Shown: one piece after another, positions 49,001 through 57,885 of the stretch
Numbering within the stretch: the first letter of the stretch is position 1
Layout of the letters: each line of letters begins with the position of its first letter
NCBI GenBank assembly: GCA_950097015.1
Contig: CATNEN010000005.1
Coordinates: 3,968,001-4,032,000 of the forward strand
DNA from: Macrostomum hystrix
Lineage: Eukaryota > Animalia > Platyhelminthes
Length of the DNA: 64,000 nt
Reading direction: 5' to 3'
Notes under the pieces: generated by a model
Databases searched by the model: none
Told to the model about the DNA's origin: nothing
The model's input: only the letters and a program-made list of their open reading frames with translations
Made by a program: the position numbers and the translations under genes

Positions 49001-52000
49001 CTTTATAATATTATAAAATACAGTTGCCTGTTCGTCTGTTTAAATTTTTTGCTGAATCAGGCTAAAATTATCACCATGACGAGCATTAGTCCGGAAACTT
49101 TTGCAACACCCCTCGTGGATGTATATTTATTAAGAACATTTTCGAGGAATTCGGTGCTTTCACTACCAAGAAAATAAATAGCGACTCAAAAGGTAAGGGG
49201 AGGCCTGAGATTGAGTACAAGTACCTGATGCCTGCCTGCTACGGCTCATGGCAGAGGAGGCTCTACCAACGCCGTCACCGACTTCAACAACTGCTGAAGC
49301 TGTGGAAGCCGACATTGGCCTCTTAGAAGCCTTTGAAGATTTCGAAGTCAAGCTTCGACTGCGGCGACTAGCTGGACGCGAGTTTGTTGTCGAAGCCGCA
49401 GAGGCTAGGAAAATTAATCCGTATCGTCGATAGAAATGCAATATACGTTTCTCTAAATTAATGTACTAAATGCTAGCAGTAGAAAGACTATCCAATTTTA
49501 CCCATTGGGGAAAGACCGAATGGTATTTCAAATACCCACTGCTTACATCACGATAGCTCCCAAAACAAATGTCAGATTTTCGTAAAAGTCAACCTTATGG
49601 ATCAAAATATTTATTGATATTCTTCCCGTACCGACTGCCACGAACGCAGCATCGACCAGTTCATTTTCCGTCCAACCTATCGACCTGTGAATTTGCTTGG
49701 CTTCGATTATATCGTGTGAGAAAACCATTGGAAGCACCATATCAGGGCCCTTTCAAGGTCATCCAATCCACATCCGCCCCGCCGACACAATGACCCTGGA
49801 GATCAAGGGCAAACCTCAAGTAGTCTTGATAGAACGCATCAAACCGGCGCGTCTGCCGGATTCTGCACCTTGGACACGCTCAATAGCTGCCAATTCAAAC
49901 CCTGTGGTCAGCCCAGTTTTGCAAGTACAACAGCGCCCCGTAAAAAGCGTCCGTTTTAATGACAATGCAACTGTTCTTACTCGTTGAGGGGGGAGTACTT
50001 GTAGCGTCTCAAATGAACTTAGTTATTTGAGACTTAGTTACGACTCCAACTTTCTTTTATTTCCATAAACAACCCCACTTATTCCACCAAGCAATACTAA
50101 CCTTCCCTTTTTCCCATAGATTTTCTGTACTCAGCTCAACCAAATAAAGCCGACCACGGGGGCTAAGGCTCCCATTCTTAACCCTGCTAACCGAAATACA
50201 AATTCATCGCCTTAGCTTAATCTGTTGTGGCTGAGAGCCACACGCCCTTTGCGATGAACTAACTTTCAAAGCTGTCAAACTTCAGCAAAGTCGAGATATC
50301 CAGCGATTCTAGTCGAAGACCCTAGTGACCCTAGAATCGTTGAATATCTCGACGATGCTGGTGCTTTGTTGTGCTTCTGTAAGTTGCTTCATCGGATCGA
50401 GCAGAAAATTGAAGCCCTAAATATGTATTTTCATGAAAATTAGTTCAATATTTTTGTTGTCCAGAACCCTAATTTGAGTACGAGTACATAGTATGCATTC
50501 GGAATTAATTTTTAATCGAACTATAGTAGTCTTCTAGGGAAGCAAAGAAAACGTGTTCGACACAAATTTACACTTTAAATTAGTGCGAGAATCGTTCCGG
50601 GACAAAAACTAACAAACACGCATGCACACACTGCACGCGTATACAAACATAGAGACAAATGCTCATCAGAAACCCATACACAAGGCCTATAGGACGAATC
50701 AAAGGAAGATTTATAATGCGACGCGTGAGACTGACAGACAGAAAAAGTACTCTCGCTTCAGTGGCTCAAGATAATTGCTGCGCATATTTCCAGATAATGA
50801 ACACACACCTGTTCTCATTTGAGCATTTGGTTTTCTATGATAAACAAAATATAGGAAAAATGCTTGACAAGAAAATCACTGCTGTAGATTGGATTGCATC
50901 AAAATTGTCTAGATAATTATTGTACTTTTACACGACTTTATCACTCCTGAATATATATCAATCCCGAATATTTATTAATCCTGAATATTTATCAATCTAA
51001 AATATTTATCAATACCGAATATTTATCAATCCTGAGCATTTATCAATCTCGAATATTCATCAATCCTGAATATTTATCAATCCTGAGCATTTATCAATCT
51101 CGAATATTCATAAATCCTGAATATTTATCAATCCTGAATATTTATCAATCTAAAATATTTATCAATACCGAATATTTATCAATCCTGAGCATTTATCAAT
51201 CTCGAATATTCATCAATCCTGAATATTTATCAATCCTGAGCATTTATCAATCTCGAATATTTATCAATCCCGAATATTTATTAATCCGGAATATTTATCA
51301 ATCCTAAATCTTTATAAATTCTGAAACTTTATCAAACCCAAATATTAATCAGTCCTGCATTTATAATTTTTTTTGTCGAAATCTGCTAAAAGCATTATAC
51401 GAATTTAGGAAAAAGACAAGTCTGACCGTGATTAAATACAAAATTAAATTTTTACTGAGTAGAATCAAATAACATACTTTATCGCATGAATCGGTGAAGC
51501 CATTATGTGTTTCTGTGAATCATTTTCAATTTAAGTGATTCGCTTTTTTGCGCAAGCTATTTTGAAACTACTCGTAAGCCGAGTAAAAAACACATATTCA
51601 GTCTAAATACCTGCTCTATTGCCATCTTTGCCACCGGATTCCGTAACAAAATCTGAGCTAAAGCTTTCATTATCATCGGCATCGGAATCTAACACCGAAA
51701 CCTCCGGTACAGATGGTTTCTGGTTGGCAATCGATTCTGTTTTATCCTGCCTAATATCGTTATCCGATGGTGTTCGATGTACTTTTTGCGCCGCAACATT
51801 GTCCGGAAGTACATTTATGTCGGAGCAATTTTGTGACGCCTCTTGGGAAGCAGTTCTGTCGATAGTTTTCTCCGACGCCAGATCCTCTTGTGCGGGGATC
51901 TCTGTTTTAGCTTCTGACGATTAAAAATTAATAGTTTTTTTACTTTTTTGAATGCACTATTGTTACCTATTGCATTGGAGGGTTAGTGGCAGAGTGGTTT

Positions 52001-55000
52001 AACCCCCTTGCATTTCGCACCAAGGTCCCTGAGCTCGATTCCGCGGCGAGGCCACATTCATTTGGGGCGTATTTGGCAAGATAAGGCTTGGGGGCTTGTG
52101 GTGCAATTTACGAACTCGAGGGCCAACCACCAAGGCCTGCGGCTTTCTGTAATAACCATCTTTATCAAACAAAACAATTATTAATAATTGATTGCACTGC
52201 ACCAATTGGGCCAGAAGAGCAGCCGACAGCACAGCCGCAGCTATTGCGCGGCGCATCTGAAGACTGCGTACGGCTGTTCAGTCCATGGACTGGGGAGACG
52301 CCACACCCACCCTCAATTACCCCAGCTAATGCAGGTACCAATTTAACAGCTGGGTGAAGTGAAGCAATGCAGAGTTAACTGTCTTTCTAAAGGACACAAA
52401 TTGTTCCGGTGGAGTCGGGAATCGAACCACCGACCTCCAAGTCGAGAGTCCGACGCTCTAACCACTGGGTTACAACCCACCATCTTATCAATGTTTCACA
52501 AAAAACTGTAAAACCCACATTAACAGTAGAACTACCAAGGGGGGGGGAATTTCCCCCCCTGACAATTTTTTTGCTGCACCCGAACGGAACAATGCAAGCA
52601 CACGAAACTCAAGAACACGGGCCAACTTTTTGTTGCGCATCTTCTGAAACAAGAATCAAGTCGCCAGCTCTTCAGACCGTCGAGATATTCAATGTTTCTG
52701 GCCGAAGGTCCGATTTTTCCCATAAGAGCTAGTGTATTTCATACACCCCTATTCACGAATTCGCACTGCGCCTCAGTGCGGCCTTGCCAGGCCTTCAAAA
52801 TTTATCAGCATGTCACTCGAGTGTGCCTGCATCATCTCCGTCTTCGGTGGTCACCTACCTTTATCTAGACAGACTGCTGGACCTTCAAGAGATACAACAG
52901 GTGGAACTAGGCCACTATGGACACCCTGACGTGAATTTCTCAAATTTCAATGCTCAAGCCAAAATATTAGGCGCAGCTCAACCACAGGACACCATCGCCT
53001 AGTCTGTCAACCAATCAGTCACCACCCAACGCCGTTAGCATTCGGGCGCTGCCAAAAAAAATCCCCCCCTTGGTATAAAAACGGGCGGCAAAATGGCTTG
53101 GTAGTCCTACTGTTAAAGGGTTAGCTACAACTTAACAGCATCAATTGATTAGTGTTGTTAAAGTTATATTGTCCTGTTGTACTCTAAAACAATTACCGAA
53201 ACCATTTATCACCTGTTTTTGGCCTCCTTCGTCCCACCGGTTGCGAGCCAGTCTTCTCCTTCTTGCTGCGACCGTCTTTCATCTGCTCCTCAACTTGACA
53301 CCTGAAGGTTTATTTAGAATTGCCCAAGTTAAAACCGGATTCTCTGTCTTAAATATCCACATACTTTTTTAGCAATAGAAAGATCACGGCTATTCCAAAT
53401 GCCCACATTTTTGCTTTTCCTGCATTTTAATTTTACAAAATACTCAACCAATCGCTATGAAAATGCTGAACACTGTCTAAAAGTTTCCGCTCTATCCGAT
53501 GAAACAGTTTATAGAAGCACGAAACAGCGGCATCGTCGAGATATTCAACGATTCTCGTCGTGGTCGATTCTCGTCGTTGTCTTTCTACTGGAAAGCTACT
53601 ACTTTTAGTAGTGCAAATGTAAAATCTAATAAAAGAGGAACCAGTATCCACAGCCGATTAAGAGGGGTCGGTGGCAGAGCGGTTGACGCGTTTGTCTCTC
53701 GCACCACGATCCCTAAGTTCGATTCCGCGGCGAGGCCACATTCATTTGGGGCGCAGCCGCGGAGAGAAGGCTTGGGAGCTTGTCGTGCAATTTACGCCCT
53801 TGAGGGCCAACCTCAAAGGCACAGTTAAATGTACACTGCCTGACGATGAGAAAGTCAGGGCAGATGTACACACCTGTGTGAGCGTAGGCCTGCGTACAGT
53901 ATCTGTGTGCGTGTGAGCTCAGGAGTCAGCGAAATGGGCAGAATTGCCTTCTCGCTGTCTGCGGGTCTAGTGTCACCAAATGATGTGCCATTGCCCGCAG
54001 CCCTCCTGCAATCAATATTATTATTATTATCCATAGCCGACCTGTAGCACGGTGCAGCCTCCGAGACGCTGACGAAACCGAAATGGCCAGTCTTGGAGCC
54101 GAGACGGACGCCCGTGCGGTGCTTGTACTCGCAGCAGGCGCTGACTCGCGAGTCCATAACGCCATCGATGTATAACGACAGGGAGAACGGGTAGCCGCGG
54201 TGCCGTCTGCTGACGAAGGTGAAATCCTCTGGAAGCAGGGGAAAATTTAAACAATTGGGGATTTAAAGAAGAAGATCAAGCAATTGGGATTCTAGATATT
54301 TAGAGATTTAAACAACCGATAAGTGTAAGAATTAGAGAACGAGAAAGGTGAGGGAATTGGATAACTGGAAGGTGTGAGGATGGTAGAACGGAAAGGTGTG
54401 ACTAACGGACAGAATTGACTCCTCACTGACTTCAGTCAGTCAAGCTAATACTGAAATGCTCACGACTACTCTGTGAGTATTATTAAAATTTTGAGAGAAC
54501 TGAGAAATTTAGAAAATACCAAAGTAGAGCAGGACTCACCGCCCGGTTTCACAAGGCCGAAGAACACTCGTAGAGTGTTGCCACCCGAGTGCTGCTGCAT
54601 TACTGTGACCTCCTGGCCCTCCTGGCCCGGCCCGTCGTGCGGTATCTTCAACGCCGGTCCGTAGTAGTGCAGCGTGACCTTGCACAGGCTCTGATAGGAG
54701 GCCTGCTTGTCGAAGGCCGGCTCGGTGCGGTGGAGCTTCAGCCTACCGACTCGCCGTTTCCGCTCCTCGCCTCGATCGTCGGCTGCGTCGCTTTCGTCAT
54801 CCTCTCCTCGTGACTCGGCTCTGGGTCTGGCCGCCGATTTCGGTCGACCGCTGCGCGAGCGACCTTCTCGGAGTCGGCGTCCGGGAGATGACGAATTTTC
54901 GGCGCTCCTTCGACGTCGTCGTTGAGACGAGCCACCGCCGCCGGCACGGTGCGAGCTGAGATTCGAACCCCCTCCGCGACCACTTTCATTGCGGCGCATT

Positions 55001-57432
55001 GCCTCGAGGATGTTCGCGTACTCCTGCAGTGCGACACTATCAAGTGTAATCAGGTGCTTGGAGTCTATTTCTGAGTGCGGAAATTGACGTCGAAGTCGAC
55101 GACGTTGTACAGTGTCCGGATGCGGTGGAAGGCCGGATGGCTCCGGCTGCGGTTTGAAATTGGTTTACAGAGAGTCAAAAGCGAATTTGGATTGGTTTTT
55201 GTTGGTGTAAAAACTCTCCTGTATCAAATCGGATCAGCTATTGCGATTGGTCACCCAAATCTGTTCACCTCATTGTCTCCTTCAGCTTCTTCGGCATCGC
55301 CACCGATGCGATTTGGTCGCTGCTTTCTTCGGCGAATTCCGGACGACGTCCCAGCTCCGGGATCCAACAGCGGCATCAGGTCCTCGTCGCCACGTCGGCT
55401 TCGTTCGTTCTGTTTTGTTTCGAAGAAAAGAATGACCATGCTTTGAAACAATTGAAACAGCAAAAATAGTTTTCGTGTTTATCTTCCACGATTTACACTC
55501 ATTTCGTGAATTTTTGAGGACGTTCAAGTCGTCAAATTCTTAAGTAACCAGGATCAGTGAGAACCTTTTCAGGAGTGACTTTCATCGTTTGTGACAAGTT
55601 TTCTGGTAGCATGATTGCACAGTGACTTAAGTAAAATATTAACCGAAATGGTAGCATTGACAAAACAATGATTGAAATTATAGCAGTACAACAACCATAT
55701 TGACAAAACACGCATGCAGCGGCCTTTCAATTGTCAATCGGTTGGTACCAAAACAGCAGCAGGTGGTGTACGCTCGTCTGGACTAGACAACGACGATACG
55801 TCGCCTGAGCGGTGCGTCTCAACTGGTTGGTGCATTGTGGGCGATCGTAAGCCTCCATAATAACTCCTACGCAGCTGCATCGGTGTCAGCAGAGCGGGCT
55901 GGCGCTGTTGAAGTCGCCGATGCTCGCTAGTGATGGTTGGCGCAGTCTGAGCTGCCAGCTGAGCCAAGCTGGTTGGCGTCAGTTGAGACAATAGGCCGTC
56001 GCGATCTTCGGCTTTGGCCTGACCCTTTTTAGTTGTTTTAGACCATTTTTCTGCTACTTTTTTTACATTTTTACATTTGGAATTGACGGATTCTGAAGGT
56101 GGGAAGTACTCGTAAAACAAGGTGGAGATAATTATGAAACAGGAAGGTGTGAGAATGGTGGAACAGGAAGGATTGAGAATGATAAAACAGGAAGGTGTGA
56201 GAATGGTGGAACAGGAAGGATTGAGAATGATAAAACAGGAAGGATTGAGAATGATAAAACAGGAAGGTATGAGAATGATGGAACAGGAAAGATTGAGAAT
56301 GATAAAACAGGAAGGTGTAAAAATGATGAAACAAGGTGTGAGAATAAGTAAATGAGATATTATTGCATAAATATTATTTCTAATACACTTCAGACGAAAG
56401 CACTGCGTTTTCTGTAAGCGAGCATTCACACGTTGATATTCACGCAACACAATATAATCCACTGATTTGAACCCACAAAACGATGATTAGTTCAGCTTTA
56501 GTTATTTTGACTAACCTTGATTCGCCTGACATGCTCCATCTTGGCAATTTCCTCAAGTTTGCGTCTTATGTCAACCTGACGTTTTCGTTCCAAATCAAGC
56601 GACTTGTGCACAATGGCCTGGGCCAGCATGTCCCTGACGTGTCGCTTGTGTTCCTTCCGGGCCATCTTGAGCCGATAAACTGGCTCGGGTACAACCTCAC
56701 CAGACCTGGTGATCTGCAGGGCATGCCATTTTTGTTAATTAAAGTGTCCTACTTCAGAGAAGCATAATTACGATTCTTAATAAGTTCGATTTTCTTTCCA
56801 AACAGCCTTACCAATCCAGCCTTTACTAGATGACGCCATTTAGACTTGTTGTTAAAATAGCCAGCCAAATGCTCATCCTTTAGGCTGTTGTACTGGGCTA
56901 ATGGCCTAAAATAAGAAAATTACAGAATGCACCGCTAAAAAATCATAATTTTATAAAATCTTGCTTTTCATTTACTAGCCATGGTATAAAACAGTAATGT
57001 AATAGTTTTAAATACATCCACATTCGGCAAGAAGTAATAGATTGCTGATTTTGCTATTTGTGAAATTAATAAGATTTTATCGATCTTATATGGGCGTTGC
57101 AGCCACTAAGCATCGGCATGTCCTGACTCCTGTTAGACTATTTGTGTATTAATTATGCTAGTTGCTGCATTTTGCAATGATATGTTTACACAAAATAGAA
57201 TAAAACTACTACAGATATGATTGTCAGTTCAAAACTAAACATGATTAAACAGAATACAATACAAACCGATTTTAGTTAATATGTAATAAAATGTTATAAC
57301 GCGAATTCAAAGAATAGAAAAAGCAAACAAGCTTATTTTAATTAGGCTAGATATTTTTAAGCAGCCATAAAAGCTTAATAATTAAAGCAAAAATCATTAT
57401 AATAAAGCATACCCAGTTTCTGGCTTTGCCAT
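34073..57432 (-). CDS. ERICH3: ERICH3-like (DUF4590) protein with four PLAT/LH2 domains and C-terminal LRRC73-like LRRs, about 1745 aa
   Basis: 26 exons (minus strand): 57432-57413, 56905-56812, 56713-56516, 55409-55269, 55146-54540, 54228-54042, 53301-53213, 51913-51611, 47435-47376, 46072-45778, 45472-45339, 44387-44156, 43670-43537, 43355-43094, 42390-42257, 42171-42122, 42021-41922, 41415(or 41454)-41311, 40468-40385, 39637-39557, 39236-38943, 38378-38228, 38133-38031, 37910-37272, 35462-35139, 34489-34073. All junctions are GT-AG and in phase. The N-terminus (PLAQYNSLKDEHLAGYFNN...ITRSGEVV...AQAIVHKSLDLER) and VMQQHSGGNTL...FTFVSRRHRGYPFSL...SACCEYKHR...GHFGFV..CYRC match my recollection of ERICH3. 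PLAT motif YxVTVxTxDxxGxGTD recurs. LRR end: LESLMLDYCDL...RTLESLDLEGNRLT. The symbol applies to the N-terminal part only. Confidence 0.8.
34600..34890 (-). mobile_element. SINE S1 copy in the last intron of the ERICH3-like gene
   Basis: Reverse-strand match including ctcgccgcggaatcgagctcagggaccttgg. Confidence 0.85.
36290..36532 (-). mobile_element. SINE family C copy
   Basis: Colinear with 52176-52474, with the tRNA-like head at the 36500-36532 end. Confidence 0.8.
38408..38806. repeat. 28-bp G-rich minisatellite (caggggttttggggcaggggttgtgaga)n
   Basis: About 14 units in intron 38379-38942. ORF 38349..38837 is a repeat artefact. Confidence 0.95.
39320..39500. repeat. Degenerate C-rich repeat (cacccacc...)
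   Basis: Imperfect units of about 18 bp, similar in character to the 42783 array. Confidence 0.6.
42600..42760 (-). mobile_element. SINE S1 diverged copy
   Basis: atgtacatctgccctgactttctt..catca..cactgtgccttgg...ttgccgcggaatcgagctc. Confidence 0.75.
42783..43062. repeat. 18-bp minisatellite (gccgagcaaccaccccac)n
   Basis: About 15 units in intron 42391-43093. It generates several overlapping repetitive ORFs. Confidence 0.93.
43714..44112 (+). mobile_element. Complete tRNA-derived SINE (family D) with target-site duplication
   Basis: tRNA-like head (A box tagctcagtcagt, B box ggttcgactcc), (att)n tail, flanked by ttcaccatta at 43704-43713 and 44113-44122. Confidence 0.92.
44445..45280. repeat. 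Compound satellite: 18-bp (aggggaactgttagacag)n then 22-bp (gaggaactgttagacagaaaga)n
   Basis: Shared core gaactgttagacag. Period changes from 18 to 22 near 44780-44810. Fills most of intron 44388-45338. Confidence 0.96.
45545..45725. repeat. 22-bp tandem repeat containing CRE and CCAAT
   Basis: Unit atgacgtcactccaatcgcaac. TGACGTCA at 45551, 45573, 45595, 45617, 45639, 45661 and 45705, TTACGTCA at 45683. Confidence 0.95.
47028..47350 (+). mobile_element. SINE S1 near-full copy
   Basis: gggggtgagtggcagagagg...gagctcgattccgcggcgagg...gcctcctcgctggc...tattat tail. Confidence 0.9.
47960..48180 (+). mobile_element. SINE S1 copy
   Basis: caaggtccccgagctcgattccgcggcgaggccacattcatttggggcgcagccgcggagagaagg... 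Confidence 0.85.
48349..49115 (+). mobile_element. Internally deleted mariner (Tc1/mariner) element
   Basis: 33-bp TIR cgagggtgttgcaaaagtttccggactaatgct at 48349-48381 and its inverse at 49082-49115 (one extra C). TA on the left flank, TG on the right. Transposase C-terminal remnant HPAYSPDLAVADFHLF...DKLIERY*KC (YSPDL motif) with an in-frame stop. Confidence 0.93.
49629..50242 (+). mobile_element. Ty3/Gypsy LTR retrotransposon 3' remnant (pol C-terminus, PPT, LTR)
   Basis: Frameshifted RVRKPLEAPYQGPFKVI / TMTLEIKGKPQVVLIERIKPA. Polypurine tract gaggggggag at 49986-49995. LTR-like TG...CA segment 50000-50242. Confidence 0.8.
50940..51330. repeat. 17-bp AT-rich satellite (gaatatttatcaatcct)n with 153-bp higher-order period
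   Basis: The variant unit tctaaaatattt recurs at 50996 and 51149 (9 x 17 bp). Confidence 0.85.
51978..52140 (+). mobile_element. SINE S1 5' half
   Basis: agtggcagagtggtt...caaggtccctgagctcgattccgcggcgaggccacattc. Confidence 0.85.
52176..52474 (-). mobile_element. tRNA-derived SINE family C, most complete copy
   Basis: Reverse strand: A box taacccagtgg, B box ggttcgattcc, then gtgtcctttagaaagacagttaactctgcattgc...cacccagctgttaaattggtacc, which resembles the conserved central domains of CORE/V-type SINEs. Other copies near 18270, 28240, 36300, 40840 and 41050. Confidence 0.8.
52514..53120 (+). mobile_element. Non-autonomous TIR element family A (piggyBac-like ends)
   Basis: Left taacagtagaactaccaag and right cttggtagtcctactgtta form a 19-bp inverted pair with 1 mismatch. 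The right end finishes aaaggg|ttag. Reverse fragments near 59490-59680 and 58850. Confidence 0.75.
53664..54030 (+). mobile_element. SINE S1 full-length copy
   Basis: A box tggcagagcgg, B box agttcgattcc, about 365 bp, (att)n tail. Flanks tatccacagccga (53645-53657) and tatccatagccga (54028-54040) form a probable 13-bp TSD. Confidence 0.92.
55734..56018 (-). CDS. Candidate alternative terminal exon of the ERICH3-like gene
   Basis: Phase-0 acceptor ggtcAG|GCC at 56018, open GC-rich frame AKAEDRDGLLSQ...VLVPTD* in frame with exon 3. Confidence 0.45.
   Translation of the reverse strand, partial: AKAEDRDGLLSQLTPTSLAQLAAQTAPTITSEHRRLQQRQPALLTPMQLRRSYYGGLRSPTMHQPVETHRSGDVSSLSSPDERTPPAAVLVPTD
56128..56345. 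repeat. 24-bp minisatellite (aaacaggaaggattgagaatgata)n
   Basis: About 9 imperfect units in intron 3 of the ERICH3-like gene. Confidence 0.9.
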
Positions 57433-57885
57433 GACAAAAACGATTAGCTGTTCCGGATTAGTGATGGATGCCAAAAGAAAATGTGCGAAAAATCGGAACT
57501 TAAATTTAAGATGAATGTCTTAGATATTCGCCTATAAACATTATGGCCTGTCACATACAAAATGAAGGTTTAAAATTAGCAATAAATGGTGGTTAAGAGA
57601 GATATTTTTTAGCTTTCTTAGTAAACGAAACAATAAAAAGATTCGCATACTGTTTTACTTGTTATATTACTCGATCTAAAAGCTTGCAATTTAAAACTTG
57701 CAAGTACAATCTTTCTATGAAAGAAATATCAATACTAACTAGGTGTCAACGAATTCATTTACCAATTTATTATTATTATTATTCAAACTACACAAAGCGT
57801 ATCTATAATAGATTCAGCCTGGTAAAGTAAAGTCCACACTCTAAGTTTCGCATAGCATTTTTTCTTCCATTAGCAAATGAAAAGT

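Noticed and set aside
53838-53865. CTGACGA...GAAA in S1 resembles a hammerhead ribozyme core
   Set aside because: Only 3 nt separate CUGACGA from GAAA, so there is no stem II, and ctgac pairs with gtcag as a plain hairpin.
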